From a bacterium (lineage in GTDB: Bacteria > SAR324 > NAC60-12), in NCBI GenBank assembly GCA_965209155.1, contig OZ242383.1, positions 2,720,001-2,784,000 on the forward strand: 64,000 bases of DNA, given 5' to 3'. Shown piece after piece: positions 20,140 through 30,606 of this stretch. The notes under the pieces were generated by a model. It worked only from the letters and a program-made list of their open reading frames with translations. It had not been told where the DNA came from and did no database searches. Each line of letters begins with the position of its first letter. The first letter of the stretch is position 1. Both the position numbers and the translations under genes were made by a program.

Positions 20140-20274
20140 ATGAAGATTTTAGTCACCGGCGGGACGGGTCGCATTGGGACCCATTTGGTCAAACAACTGT
20201 TGGCCAAGGGGCATGAGATTCGTAGCTTTGTCTATCCCGGCGATACGAGCCGGGTTCATAAATTGGTTATTTAA
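20140..20274 (+). pseudogene. N-terminal stub of an NAD-dependent epimerase
   Basis: AAGGAG RBS followed by MKILVTGGTGRIGTHLVKQLLAKGHEI..., which stops after 44 codons. Confidence 0.8.
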
Positions 20275-20408
20275 AAGGAAGGAGAGCTTTAATCTCTACG
20301 GGTCTAATTCCTCGAAGCTTGCTTGGATGAGAAAATAGACTCCACATTTCGATACCTCGGAGCTTGCTGCGGGGAGTGGCTTCATTTATTTTAATTTGCA
20401 GGAGGAAT

Positions 20409-20720
20409 ATGGCTGTACTTTATTACAGTGAAATAAAACTTAAAAAAGATAAGAAGGATGAATTTCTGGATTTATTGAAGTCTCCAAAAGGATTTGCTAT
20501 CGCAAAATCAAAACCTGGGTTTATTTCTCTGGAAAGTGGAGTTTCCAAGGATGATTCTGGTCAAAGTACTGTCCACTTTTGGGTGAAATGGGAGAAAATG
20601 GAAGATTATGAAAATTACACGAAAGATCCTAACCGAGATCCTGAAAGTGAGTACATGCAGAAATCGGCAGGTATGATAGACGGGCCTCAAAAAAAAGGGG
20701 TTTTTCTTGAAATTATTTAG
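20409..20720 (+). CDS. Antibiotic biosynthesis monooxygenase (ABM)-like protein
   Basis: Small alpha/beta protein with KPGFIS...VKWEKMEDYENY; GGAGG RBS. Confidence 0.7.
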   Translation: MAVLYYSEIKLKKDKKDEFLDLLKSPKGFAIAKSKPGFISLESGVSKDDSGQSTVHFWVKWEKMEDYENYTKDPNRDPESEYMQKSAGMIDGPQKKGVFLEII

Positions 20721-20766
20721 TAAGAGGTAAAGAGTATCAGTATTCAGAGTTTATAAAGGAGGAAAA

Positions 20767-21702
20767 ATGAACCTACCCACGTGGACCCGCGACGCCGGGA
20801 CAATGAAACGAGATATCGACGAGCATGGATATTGTCTCGTCAAGGAAGCGCTGACCCCGGAACAGCTTGCCGAAGCTCAAAAGCGTCTCAGCGAGCAGGC
20901 CGAGGCCGAGCGCAGGGCCGGCGTCGGCTTCTTCAGTAACGGCCGGATCCCTGATGACCTGGGAGAATTTCCGGAACCCGAAACTGGCAACAACCAAGCT
21001 GTGAACTTTCTCGCAAACAAGGGCCGCATCTTTCGCGAGATGGCTGCGCTGCCGGACATTCTGGACATTGTGCACCATGTGCTCGGCGAGGAAATCCGTA
21101 TCCAAAATCTCTTAGCGCTCATCATTCGCAGTGGTGGCCAGGCGCAGACGCTGCACCAGGACCAATGGTTTGTCCCATCGTCCGGCCGCTATGACGAGCC
21201 GATGCGGGCCGGATCGATCACACGCGCGAATCCTGGCCAGCCCGTGACACCGGGAGCGACCCTGATGCCGTGCATCGTGTGCAACGTCATGTGGATGCTG
21301 GACGACTTCACCAGCGAAAACGGCGCAACCTGGATCGTGCCCGGCAGCCACAAGCTCGGACGCCGACCGAACAAAGGCGACCTGAAGGACCAGATGCAGG
21401 TGATAGGTCCGGCCGGCAACTGCTTCATCTTCGATGGCCGGCTCATTCATGGATCCGGAGCCTACCTCTCTCAGGATCCGACTGGCGAGCGGAAGGCCCT
21501 CACCTACGCTTACCAACCGCCCATGTTCAGGCCCTTCGAGAACTATCCGATGGCGTTGCTTCCGGAGGTATATGAGGAAGCCTCCCAAGAGCTTCTCGAT
21601 CTCCTGGGCTTCAAAGTCTGGTTCGGCATTGGCCACCGGGGCGACTTTAACGCGGAGCGCATCTCGCGCGACACACCGATCATTGGGGAGCTGAAGCCGT
21701 GA
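20767..21702 (+). CDS. PhyH-family Fe(II)/2-oxoglutarate dioxygenase
   Basis: [22 protein letters not shown] and FDGRLIHG motifs. Confidence 0.9.
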   Translation: MNLPTWTRDAGTMKRDIDEHGYCLVKEALTPEQLAEAQKRLSEQAEAERRAGVGFFSNGRIPDDLGEFPEPETGNNQAVNFLANKGRIFREMAALPDILDIVHHVLGEEIRIQNLLALIIRSGGQAQTLHQDQWFVPSSGRYDEPMRAGSITRANPGQPVTPGATLMPCIVCNVMWMLDDFTSENGATWIVPGSHKLGRRPNKGDLKDQMQVIGPAGNCFIFDGRLIHGSGAYLSQDPTGERKALTYAYQPPMFRPFENYPMALLPEVYEEASQELLDLLGFKVWFGIGHRGDFNAERISRDTPIIGELKP

Positions 21703-21932
21703 CGGTGAACAGTGTTTCCCCTTTCGCCATGACTCCTGGACATGCCCTTAATGGGAAGCGATGGGGTGAGTCGAATGCTTTTAAAAAGAGCCCTCCCTCT
21801 TCTCCTAAATTGTACGGTAGGCCGGGAACACCTGAAGAAATGGCTGTGGCTGTGGCTTTCTTTGCCTCGGACGAAGCCAGCTATATTACCGGACAGACCC
21901 TCAGTGTGAATGGGGGGAGGTTTATGTTTTGA
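21699..21932 (+). pseudogene. C-terminal fragment of an SDR
   Basis: VTVNSVSP...[34 protein letters not shown]; no Rossmann or catalytic part. Confidence 0.85.
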
Positions 21933-21951
21933 AAAGGAGAGCTTTATGATA

Positions 21952-21981
21952 ATGAACCTACCCTCTTGGACCCGCGACGCC
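21952..21981 (+). pseudogene. 10-codon stub of a third MNLP(T/S)WTRDA-type PhyH paralog
   Basis: ATGAACCTACCCTCTTGGACCCGCGACGCC nearly matches the starts at 20767 and 38001, then diverges abruptly. Confidence 0.75.
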
Positions 21982-22112
21982 TTCTTCACTCCCGCTCGGC
22001 GTACTGTCGCAATGACAGTTCATGTACGGACTTTCACCGCATGGAAAATTGGATTCATTGCCTGAAAACTGTGGGAGGGTGGCGGCCGTTGTCCTCTCAC
22101 AATGGTTTTATC

Positions 22113-22598
22113 TCACTCTGATCCGGCCAGTATTTCGAGGTCTTCTTTGGCAAGACGCCAGACGGTCCATTCGTCCAGGGGCCGGGCTCCGACTCTTCGA
22201 TAGGTTTTCTTTGCCATTTCGTTCCAATTCAAGACCGACCACTCCATCCTGCCACAACCCCGCTCGACTGCTATGCGGGCGATCTCAATAAGGAGTCGAC
22301 GTCCATATCCTTTTCCACGTGATTCGGGCTTGACGAACAGGTCCTCGAGATAGAGACCTCGCCGCCCCAGGAATGTGGAAAAATTGTGAAAAAACAGCGC
22401 GAAACCAACAGCTTCGTCTTCGACTCGAGCGATCAGCGCCTCGGCAGCTGGCGGGTCACTGAACAGCGCGCTTCTGAGGTCGGCCTCGCTCGCAATGACC
22501 TCGAGTGACAAATTTTCGTATGCGGCGAGTTCCCTGATCAGTGACATGACGATATGCAAGTCATCCTCGCTAGCCCTTTCAATACGTATTTGATTCAT
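22113..22598 (-). CDS. GNAT N-acetyltransferase (diamine acetyltransferase/SSAT-like)
   Basis: RELAAYE, FSTFLGRRGLYLEDLFV..RGKGYG and RMEWSVLNWN motifs. Confidence 0.92.
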   Translation of the reverse strand: MNQIRIERASEDDLHIVMSLIRELAAYENLSLEVIASEADLRSALFSDPPAAEALIARVEDEAVGFALFFHNFSTFLGRRGLYLEDLFVKPESRGKGYGRRLLIEIARIAVERGCGRMEWSVLNWNEMAKKTYRRVGARPLDEWTVWRLAKEDLEILAGSE

Positions 22599-22765
22599 GA
22601 TTTTTCCCGTTCCTCAGACTTGTGAGATCGATCTTTGTTATTCCACCCCGCATTTATTTAGCATCCTGACACAATAATCTCACTGCAATTATTCGCTCTT
22701 GCAATAATATTTGATGTCAGGTGAACAAATTTTGCCATAAGAGCTCTATTGGGGATTCAAGGAAG

Positions 22766-22960
22766 AAAGGCACAAAGGCACAAAGGCACAAAGGCACAAA
22801 GCACAGAGGCGCAAAGGAGACTCTTGAAAGAACTGACAACTGACAACCGATAACTGGCGCCATGGCGCCAAGGCACAGAGGCACCAAGGCGACTCTTGAA
22901 GGGACTGACAACCGATAACTGATAACCGATAACTGGCGCCAAGGCACAAAGGCGCCAAAG
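22766..22960. repeat. Short-unit tandem repeats (GGCACAAA octamers; ACTGACA/ACCGATA/ACTGATA heptamers) within a partial duplication of about 70 bp
   Basis: Directly visible in the sequence. Confidence 0.9.
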
Positions 22961-23025
22961 GTTTCTGCGGTATTGGTAATTTTGAGGGGGAGTTATTGCT
23001 TGATTAGATGAGTGGAGAGGTTCTG

Positions 23026-23070
23026 ATGATCAAAACATACCGGGATTTAATTGTCTTGTAAAAATCAATA
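23026..23070 (+). pseudogene. Stub of a four-helix-bundle (TIGR02436 / 23S-IVS-protein-like) gene
   Basis: GGAG RBS then MIKTYRDLIVL*KS, close to the family N-terminal xxYRDLxVWQKS. Confidence 0.55.
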
Positions 23071-23222
23071 GCCAATGAGAGAAAATCTATTTCGAGTAGA
23101 CTGCGGTTTGTATGAAATAAACAATGGTGTCGAAAAAATATTTTAGCTCACTCAACTCAAATTCGATTTTTCGTATTTGGATGTTGAGTGGGCAGGAACC
23201 GTATTGCTGAAAAGGGTTTGAA

Positions 23223-24077
23223 TTGAAACTGAGTATTGTAACCTACAACACCCAATTTTGTACGGGTTTGGACGGAATAACCAGTGTCGATCGCATTGCC
23301 GGCGAAGTCCGAGATTGCGATATTATTTGTTTGCAGGAAATCGACAGGTCATGGAAACGTACGGGAATGCAGGATCAGGTTAAGCATTTGTGTGAATTAT
23401 TCGATGATCGTTTCATCTTTTTTGGACCTGCGATTGATGTAGATGCCAGTGTTTGTCTTCAAAACAACAAGATTCAAAATCGCAGGAGGCAATTCGGCAA
23501 TATGATCATTTCGCGTTGGCCGATTGAGCAAGCGCGTGTTCACCAGTTGCCGAAGCGGCATTGGAAGGACCGGCTCAGTTTGCAACGCATTGCGATAGAT
23601 ACGGTCATCGATACTCCGGAAAAGCGAATCAGGTTGCTCTGCACCCATCTCAACCACGCATCGGACAAGGAGCGGATGGAGCAAATCAGAGCTTTGCAAA
23701 AGATAGTTCATACCGGCAGGAGCTGGGGTGGTGCCATGACGGGTCCGCGAGATGATTTCTGGGAGCTTTACGATTCATCCCAAAATATTCCGGAGGATAC
23801 CCTCTTACTCGGAGATTTCAATATGACTCCCGACAGTACAGAATATAGAGCAATGATGGAGACTGGTGAAAGCACTCAAGGCTTCACCAGTCGTTTAAAA
23901 GATCTATGGGTGCTGCGGCAAGGTGAGGAAGCAGGTTTAACTTTCTTCGCTAAAATCCCAAAGAGAGTGGATTACATCTTCGCAAACGATGGATTTGCCA
24001 ATGCTTTGCAAGAAATACGAGTGATAGAGGAAGCAAGGGGTTCAGACCATAAACCGCTCATGGCAAGATTTTGTTGA
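23223..24077 (+). CDS. Endonuclease/exonuclease/phosphatase (EEP) family protein
   Basis: VTYN, ICLQE, THL, LLGDFN, VDYIF and SDH motifs; TTG start. Confidence 0.9.
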   Translation: MKLSIVTYNTQFCTGLDGITSVDRIAGEVRDCDIICLQEIDRSWKRTGMQDQVKHLCELFDDRFIFFGPAIDVDASVCLQNNKIQNRRRQFGNMIISRWPIEQARVHQLPKRHWKDRLSLQRIAIDTVIDTPEKRIRLLCTHLNHASDKERMEQIRALQKIVHTGRSWGGAMTGPRDDFWELYDSSQNIPEDTLLLGDFNMTPDSTEYRAMMETGESTQGFTSRLKDLWVLRQGEEAGLTFFAKIPKRVDYIFANDGFANALQEIRVIEEARGSDHKPLMARFC

Positions 24078-24339
24078 ATCGAAATGGGCTGACACCGGCG
24101 GGTACGTTGTGAAAAGGAGAAAAAACTCCACAACCCCTCCTGTAATTGAGTTCCTGTTGCAGGCAGGTGCAGGAAACCAGAGCGTTCCGCGAATTTATAT
24201 TGACATCTCCTTTCGAAGAATTTATAAAAATTTCTCACAAGAATGCGTACGTGGTTGGAAAGAACGAGAAGCGGACGGAATGGGGAAATTCCAGTCATTT
24301 CAAAAATAATTTGTAAAACAGAAAAATTTGAGCACGAAG

Positions 24340-25143
24340 ATGACGCAACGATTGAAAAGCAAAATCGCCATTGTAACGGGAGGCAACAGTGGCATTGGTG
24401 AAGCAACAGCCCACCTTTTTGCCAGGGAAGGGGCCAGAGTAATTATTATGGCCAGACGGGAAGTGGAAGGGCGGAGAGTGGAAAAAGCCATCACGGATGA
24501 AGGGGGTGAAGCCACCTTCTTTGCCTGTGACGTGAGCAATGTGAGCTCGGTGGAGTCTGCTGTGGCGGCGGCGGTTGAAACATATGGTGCCATAGACATT
24601 TTGATCAACAACGCCGGTGGAGGCGTGGGGGGAGACTTTCCCAACATGTCCGATGAAGACTGGAACTATGTGATCAACATCAACCTCAATGGAACCTTTT
24701 ATATGTCACGCGCAGTTTGGCCACATCTCGTGGCTGCCGGTGGCGGTGCCGTGGTGAACATGTCGTCGCTCGCCGCTCAGCGAGGTTTCAGCCCCCGGAT
24801 GCATGATGAATTCGGTACGGCCGCACCGGCGTACTATGCGGCAAAAGCGGGGATCGACGCACTGACGCGATACATGGCAGGAGTTGGGGGTAAGCACAAC
24901 ATCCGTGTGAATTGCGTACGTCCTGGTCAGATCATCACTCCGGGTGCGACTCGGGGAACAATAAACGATCCTGACGGGGGACATCATGTGTTTGAAAAGA
25001 TGTTCAACATGGCGCAGATTATTCCAGGTCCCGGTTACCCGGAGGACGTCGCCAATCTGTTCTTGTTTCTCGTGTGCGAAGAATCGCGTTTCCTCACTGC
25101 AGAGATCATAAACGTCGATGGCGGGGTTGCAGCAAAAATATAA
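24340..25143 (+). CDS. Classical SDR
   Basis: TGGNSGIG, NNAG and YYAAK motifs. Confidence 0.92.
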   Translation: MTQRLKSKIAIVTGGNSGIGEATAHLFAREGARVIIMARREVEGRRVEKAITDEGGEATFFACDVSNVSSVESAVAAAVETYGAIDILINNAGGGVGGDFPNMSDEDWNYVININLNGTFYMSRAVWPHLVAAGGGAVVNMSSLAAQRGFSPRMHDEFGTAAPAYYAAKAGIDALTRYMAGVGGKHNIRVNCVRPGQIITPGATRGTINDPDGGHHVFEKMFNMAQIIPGPGYPEDVANLFLFLVCEESRFLTAEIINVDGGVAAKI

Positions 25144-25289
25144 GTCCTTGGCCATTCGAATATAAAAACACGATTGATGTCAGAGGGAATTAGAGTGACC
25201 TGTACGCAGTCTCATATATAACGAAGGAATCATTGTTAGTCGAACGAGTATTTTAATTCGTGTAAAAAATCAGCAATCAAGAAATGCTT

Positions 25290-26063
25290 ATGTATTTGGA
25301 AAAGTATCAACTCGAGGACAAAGTCGTCGTAATCAATGGCGGCGCACGTGGTATCGGTTATGCTTGCGCAGAAGCTTTTGCAGAATGTGGCGCCACCCTT
25401 GTATTGAGTGACATTATACCGGAGGTTGAATCCTCCGCTCAACAATTGCGAGAGGAAAAGCAAGTCGAAGCAACGGCGCATATTGTGGATTTGACCAACA
25501 CTTCGCAGGTTAATGCGATGGCCGCGACCATCCAACAACAGCACCAGAAGGTGGACATTGTGGTCAACAGTCAGGGTATTGGTGGTGCTGGCCAGGTTAG
25601 CGAATCCCTTCAGGATGAGAGCTGGAATAAAACCATGAGTATCAATCTCGACAGCGTCTTTTGGTGTTGCCGGGTTTTTGGCAATATCATGCTCCGTCAT
25701 GGGACAGGCAGTATCGTAAACCTGGGTTCCATGTCCGGCATTGTCGTCAACAACGGTTTCACCCAAGCGGCATACAATGCCAGCAAAGCCGCTGTTCACC
25801 AACTGACCAAATCTTTGGCCGTCGAATGGGCTAGAAAGGGAGTGAGGGTCAATGCGGTGGCGCCCACCTATATTGCCACCGAAATGACCAGAGGCGCTAC
25901 GCAAAAACCGGACATCTTGGCAAGAATGAAAGAAGCGACTCCTCAAAATCGCATCGGCGAACCGCATGAAATTGCCTCTGCGGTACTTTTTCTGGGTAGT
26001 GATGCTTCCAGTTTAATGACGGGCAGCGTTTTGGTTGTCGATGGAGGGTTCACCTGTTGGTAG
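25290..26063 (+). CDS. Classical SDR (polyol/sorbose reductase-like)
   Basis: NGGARGIG, SMSGIVVN...QAAYNASK and VRVNAVAP motifs. Confidence 0.9.
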   Translation: MYLEKYQLEDKVVVINGGARGIGYACAEAFAECGATLVLSDIIPEVESSAQQLREEKQVEATAHIVDLTNTSQVNAMAATIQQQHQKVDIVVNSQGIGGAGQVSESLQDESWNKTMSINLDSVFWCCRVFGNIMLRHGTGSIVNLGSMSGIVVNNGFTQAAYNASKAAVHQLTKSLAVEWARKGVRVNAVAPTYIATEMTRGATQKPDILARMKEATPQNRIGEPHEIASAVLFLGSDASSLMTGSVLVVDGGFTCW

Positions 26064-26070
26064 CCATTTT

Positions 26071-27500
26071 GTAACTATTTAGGTTTCTTTAGATCCCCCA
26101 TCGATTTAAGCACAGGTTTTGCATGGCATAGAGTCCAGAAAGGACGTTATGCTCTCAACAGTTCAAAAATATATTGATTCCCTTTCATCGATTCCCCACC
26201 TTGAGGCTCTTCAAGAAGCCTGTCAACTCTTTGAAAAAGAACGAGAGCAGTGGAAGCAAGAGCGATTAGCACTCCTCAAACGTATTGAAGCGCTCGAAGC
26301 AGAAAATAAGCAACTTCGGGATCAGTTGGCTCTCAACAGCCAAAACTCAAGTAAGCCTCCTTCCAGCGATCCAAGTCGAAAGAACAAAAGTTTGCGTAAA
26401 AGCAGGGGTCGCTCTCGCGGAGGTCAACCCGGTCATCAAGGCCATCATTTGGCTTTCAGTGAATCACCAGATCATGTGGAGCCTCATTTTGTCAACACTT
26501 GTGAAACCTGTGGAGAAGATTTATCCAAGGTGGCGGTTGAGGCCACGCATAAACGTCAGGTCTTTGATCTCCCTGCTCTCCAATTAGAGGTTACTGAACA
26601 TCAGGTGGAACAAAAAATTTGTTCCTGCTGCCGGCATCTGAATCGTTCGAGCTTTCAAGCAGGGATAGAGGGACCCACTCAATATGGTCCCCGGATCAAA
26701 GGCTTAGCGGTTTATCTCAATCAATATCAGTTTCTGCCCTTTGATCGATGCCAGCAATTCTTTGAGGATCTGTTCGGCCAGCCGCTCAATGCGGCCACGA
26801 TTTATGCTAGCCTCCAGCAAGCCGCCCAGAGGCTTTATCCCTTGCAACAACAAGTGGCTGAAGCTCTGATTCAAGCGGAGGTGGTTCATTTTGATGAAAC
26901 CTCCCTCCCGAGGAGCTATTTCCACTACCAGAAAACAGGGAAAATCCATCTTCGAGATGCTCACACAGGCTTTGTCTCTCCCGGATCCAGTCCGGGACAA
27001 GCTTTTACCTGCGCCTCCTTGTTACTGAAACTCCCCTTTTTTTAAACGTTTCGCCCCTTGCGGGCCAAACGTATTCCTGGCAAACATAGCATCGTCAATG
27101 CGATTTTGTAGGTCGTGAAAACGAGTTGTCAGTGGAGTATGCTCATCCATGATTTACCTCCCTGGCAAAGCGTTTACGATCATTATCGCCATTGGAAAAA
27201 ACGCCGGATTGTGGAGTGAACCTTCACTTTTTGGCTCATGATCATAAAGAAGCGGATCTCCCTGATTGATAGATTTTTAATTTTTTTACGAATCCTGCAT
27301 TTTTTTTTAATTTGGGGGTTGACATTATGCAAGTAGTAGTAGTGCTATAATCATACCATCACTGAGTTTTTTTAGTGAAAGAAGAGGGTTTCCGATCGAT
27401 GGAACAATATCGTGGGAGGACTTGAAAACGATCAGTCCTCTCCGGAAATTTTTTTCAACGTTATTTGACTAAACGGGTTTTCAGAGACCTGAATAGTTAC
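26071..27500 (+). mobile_element. IS66-family (single-ORF, ISBst12-like) element with internal deletion
   Basis: IRL GTAACTATTTAGG at 26071 and IRR CCTGAATAGTTAC ending at 27500; near-identical to 59480-61548 but lacks 617 bp of the transposase (equivalent to 60338-60954). Confidence 0.93.
26149..27045 (+). pseudogene. IS66 transposase, internally deleted and frameshifted after VHFDET
   Basis: NSSKPPSSD, GGQPGH.GH, CxxC and DET are present; the later catalytic residues are deleted. Confidence 0.92.
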
Positions 27501-27503
27501 ATG

Positions 27504-27638
27504 AAATCAATCGTATTTGGAGAAATTATTATGAAAAAGATAAATATCAAATCAATCGTATTTGGAGAAATTATTATGAAAAAGATAAATATCAAATCAA
27601 TCGTATTTGGAGAAATTATTATGAAAAAGATAAATATG
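27504..27638 (+). repeat. 45-bp tandem repeat x3 spanning the RBS and start codon
   Basis: AAATCAATCGTATTTGGAGAAATTATTATGAAAAAGATAAATAT(C/G) three times. Confidence 0.95.
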
Positions 27639-29021
27639 AAAAAAAGATTCGGGATTATAGGGACTTTGATGGTCGCTATCTTCGCCCTGACGGGTATCGC
27701 GTATGCGGATGGCCACCTCAAATTCCCGATTGGCGAAGGCGAGTTCAGTTGGGACACCTACCACGCCTTCGCGATGGAGCACGACTATTCTGGCCAGCAA
27801 ATCACGGTCACCACAAGACATGCGGGATCAAATGGGGACGATCTTAAGGAGACGATGAAATATTTCGCAGAAGCGACCGGTGCCGATATCCGCCACAACG
27901 GTACACAGAACTTCAAGCAGGAAGTGACGACTAACCTCGAAGCAGGATCACCAGCGAATGTCACCGCATTCTCGCTGGTAGGTTTTCTCGCGGGCATGGC
28001 CAAGCGCGGTTTCCTGACGCCTTTGTGTTCCGATTTGGCCGACTGCGATTTGGCCGATTATATCCGCAATACCTACGCCGCTGGCGATAGCTGGATTAAA
28101 TACGGCACTGCGGAAGGCCCGGACGGGAAGGATCATTTTTACGGCGTCGTTTACCAAACCTACATTAATTCTTTAATCTATTACGTCCCCGAAAACTTCG
28201 AGGACGCGGGCTACAAAGTCCCAAAGACCATGGAAGAATTGGAGGCGCTGATTGCTCAGATCGTTGCCGACGGCGAAAAACCGTGGTGCGATGGTCTGTT
28301 TGCTGAGGGTTCGACGGGTTATACGGCACAAACATTCATGGCAGAATATTTGCTGCGCACAGAGCCTATTGAAGTGTACGACATGTATGACAAAAACGAA
28401 ATTCCAGTCGATGACCCCCGAATCGTTGCCGCACTCGAGGGATATGGCGAAATGGTTGCCAACGAAAAAAATGTAGCAGACTTTGCTAGTTTGGGCACCG
28501 CCAATTATATCACAGCCAGGAATGGTATCTTCACCAGCCCGCCGAAATGCTACATGACTGCCACACTTGGATCGTACTTGCCGGGGTGTTGTTTCCCAAA
28601 AGATAAAGAATACGGCGACTGGGACTTCTTCTACATGCCGACCAAGGCGAACAGGCCGGATCTTCCCAAGAAGCCAATGGGTGGCGGAGGTCACTTTTTT
28701 ACCATCACCAAAGACAGCCCAGTAGCAAGAGGGTTTATCAAGTGGCTACTGACACCGATTGCAAGTGAGTTATGGATGGCTCAGGGTGGCTTCCTGACGG
28801 CGCACAAGCACGTCAACAATGCTGTTTACAGAGACAAGGCGATGTCCGCTATGAATAAATTGATGGGCGAGGCGGATCCATGGCGGTACAACGTAGGCGA
28901 GACTATGCCCGCACCCGTTGGCGGCGGGGCCTTGAACAAGGCCATGGTGGACTATGTCAATGGCGAGGATGCCGCCGTCGTGTTACGACGTGTCCAAGAG
29001 GTCTGGGACAAGAACAAGTAG
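27621..29021 (+). CDS. Carbohydrate ABC transporter substrate-binding protein (alpha-glucoside AglE-like)
   Basis: Signal peptide then ADGHLKF..GEGEFSW, SLIYYVPENFEDAGY.VP, ADGEKPWC and ELWMAQGGFLT.H motifs. Confidence 0.85.
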   Translation: MKKINMKKRFGIIGTLMVAIFALTGIAYADGHLKFPIGEGEFSWDTYHAFAMEHDYSGQQITVTTRHAGSNGDDLKETMKYFAEATGADIRHNGTQNFKQEVTTNLEAGSPANVTAFSLVGFLAGMAKRGFLTPLCSDLADCDLADYIRNTYAAGDSWIKYGTAEGPDGKDHFYGVVYQTYINSLIYYVPENFEDAGYKVPKTMEELEALIAQIVADGEKPWCDGLFAEGSTGYTAQTFMAEYLLRTEPIEVYDMYDKNEIPVDDPRIVAALEGYGEMVANEKNVADFASLGTANYITARNGIFTSPPKCYMTATLGSYLPGCCFPKDKEYGDWDFFYMPTKANRPDLPKKPMGGGGHFFTITKDSPVARGFIKWLLTPIASELWMAQGGFLTAHKHVNNAVYRDKAMSAMNKLMGEADPWRYNVGETMPAPVGGGALNKAMVDYVNGEDAAVVLRRVQEVWDKNK

Positions 29022-29119
29022 TCCTGGACGCAATACTGATCCCGGGCTATCAGGCTCGGGATCCTTCGCAAACACAATGGGAAGGATTTGCTGGTTTTTA
29101 GCAAATAAGGAGACGCGAG

Positions 29120-29283
29120 ATGGCAAAAGATTACACACTCCTCATTGGCACCCTTGGCCAAGGGCTGAACGTGAGTATGGAAAAGTCTTCGTTTTTTTGC
29201 TGGGGCATGATGGGCAGAGTTGCCAGACCGCGGAGTTTCAGAAGATCGTTCTGAATGGTGTGGACTGGGCCACTGGTGGGTAA
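29120..29283 (+). pseudogene. Deletion-fusion remnant: BNR-like protein start joined to a ThuA-like C-terminus
   Basis: AAGGAG RBS then MAKDYTLLIGTLGQGLNVS; in another frame YGKVFVFLLGHD...FQKIVLNGVDWA*. Confidence 0.5.
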
Positions 29284-29375
29284 ACCAAAGAAAGTATTCA
29301 CAGTCTCCTCCCTGTGATGGACGAGCTTAGTAGGACAATAACACACATGGACAACATTTAAGACGGATCGCGGAC

Positions 29376-30587
29376 ATGAACACGGCACTCCAGGGTCTAA
29401 TCATCATCATCATCGGTGTAAGTGGTTGCCTTGGTTACTTCTATCTCTCCAATCAGTTGCTCGACAAAGTCCTGTTCCCGCCGCGCGGCAAGAACGCCGG
29501 AGATAACATCAATCGTGCCAACATGATCCGGCCGTGGTTGTTCAGCTTCCCGGTTATTTTCGTGGGGGGGGTCTACCTGGTCTACCCGATTTTCGAAACA
29601 CTGCGCTTGTCGTTCACCGACCGCGATGCGGGCGGTGCGTTTGTCGGTCTTGCGAATTATCAGGAGATGTTCAGTCAAAAAAGGTTCTTGGAAGCGTGGC
29701 GCAACGACATTTTGTGGTTGACCGTCGTACCCACTGCGTCGACGGCGATTGGTCTCCTGGTCGCCCAACTGACGGACCGCATTGCCTGGGGCAACATCGC
29801 CAGGACGTTCATCTTCATGCCCATGGCGTACTCGTTTGTCGGCGCCTCGATGGCCTTCTTGCTGATCTATGATGGCCGCACCGAGGTTGGGGTTCTCAAC
29901 GCGGTCTGGATGCAGTTCGAAGGCGGGATCGGCTCGTTTCTTTTTCTGCGGATATTCCCAGCCATCATCCTGTTGGGCTTCGCCGCGGTGGCGGCGTATG
30001 TCTGTTACCTGTTCCTGCGCCCCTTCTTCATTCCGGAGGAACGAAAGGGCGGAATCATCAGCGCGGCTCTGCGAACAGTTGCCGGCGCGGTAGCGGCCTA
30101 TCTCGCCGTCCTGGCGCTTCTGAACGTGATCGACGTGTTCACGATCACCTGGACTTACGGCAAACCCCAATCCTGGCTGTCGATACCGTTTTGGAACAAT
30201 TTCTTCCTGATGGCCGCTTTGATCTGGACCCAGACCGGCTTAGCCATGGTGATCCTGTCGGCGGCGCTGCGCGGCATTCCGCAGGAAACGGTTGAGGCCG
30301 CCATCATCGACGGCGCGAAGCCCTTCCATTTATTTTTCCGCATCAAAATTCCGCAAATCCTCGGCACAATCGTCGTGGTGTGGACCATGATCTTTGTGGT
30401 CGCGTTGAGGGTGTTCGACATTGTCTTTACGATGACCTACGGTAATTGGGAAACGGAGGTCCTGGCAAATTACTTGTACCGCACGCTGTTCGTAGACCTC
30501 GACTTTGGCGTCGGGTCGGCCTCTGTGATCATCCTGGTGCTGCTTGTGTCGCCGATTATGATCTATAATGTGTACAGAAACCGCTAA
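29376..30587 (+). CDS. Sugar ABC permease (AglF/MalF-like)
   Basis: Multiple TM segments; EAAIIDGA EAA loop. Confidence 0.9.
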   Translation: MNTALQGLIIIIIGVSGCLGYFYLSNQLLDKVLFPPRGKNAGDNINRANMIRPWLFSFPVIFVGGVYLVYPIFETLRLSFTDRDAGGAFVGLANYQEMFSQKRFLEAWRNDILWLTVVPTASTAIGLLVAQLTDRIAWGNIARTFIFMPMAYSFVGASMAFLLIYDGRTEVGVLNAVWMQFEGGIGSFLFLRIFPAIILLGFAAVAAYVCYLFLRPFFIPEERKGGIISAALRTVAGAVAAYLAVLALLNVIDVFTITWTYGKPQSWLSIPFWNNFFLMAALIWTQTGLAMVILSAALRGIPQETVEAAIIDGAKPFHLFFRIKIPQILGTIVVVWTMIFVVALRVFDIVFTMTYGNWETEVLANYLYRTLFVDLDFGVGSASVIILVLLVSPIMIYNVYRNR

Positions 30588-30606
30588 GAAATAGGGAAGA
30601 TTGAAC

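Noticed and set aside
20295..20390. GCTTGCTGCGGGG-type palindromic element as a riboswitch
   Set aside because: Looks like a decayed REP or IS-end-like repeat; no riboswitch consensus recognised.
22717..22958. Three overlapping Cys/Leu-rich ORFs
   Set aside because: Products of simple tandem repeats in all frames.
27465..27530. Longer start for the sugar SBP
   Set aside because: It begins inside the IS right end; the extension comes from the IR and the repeat.
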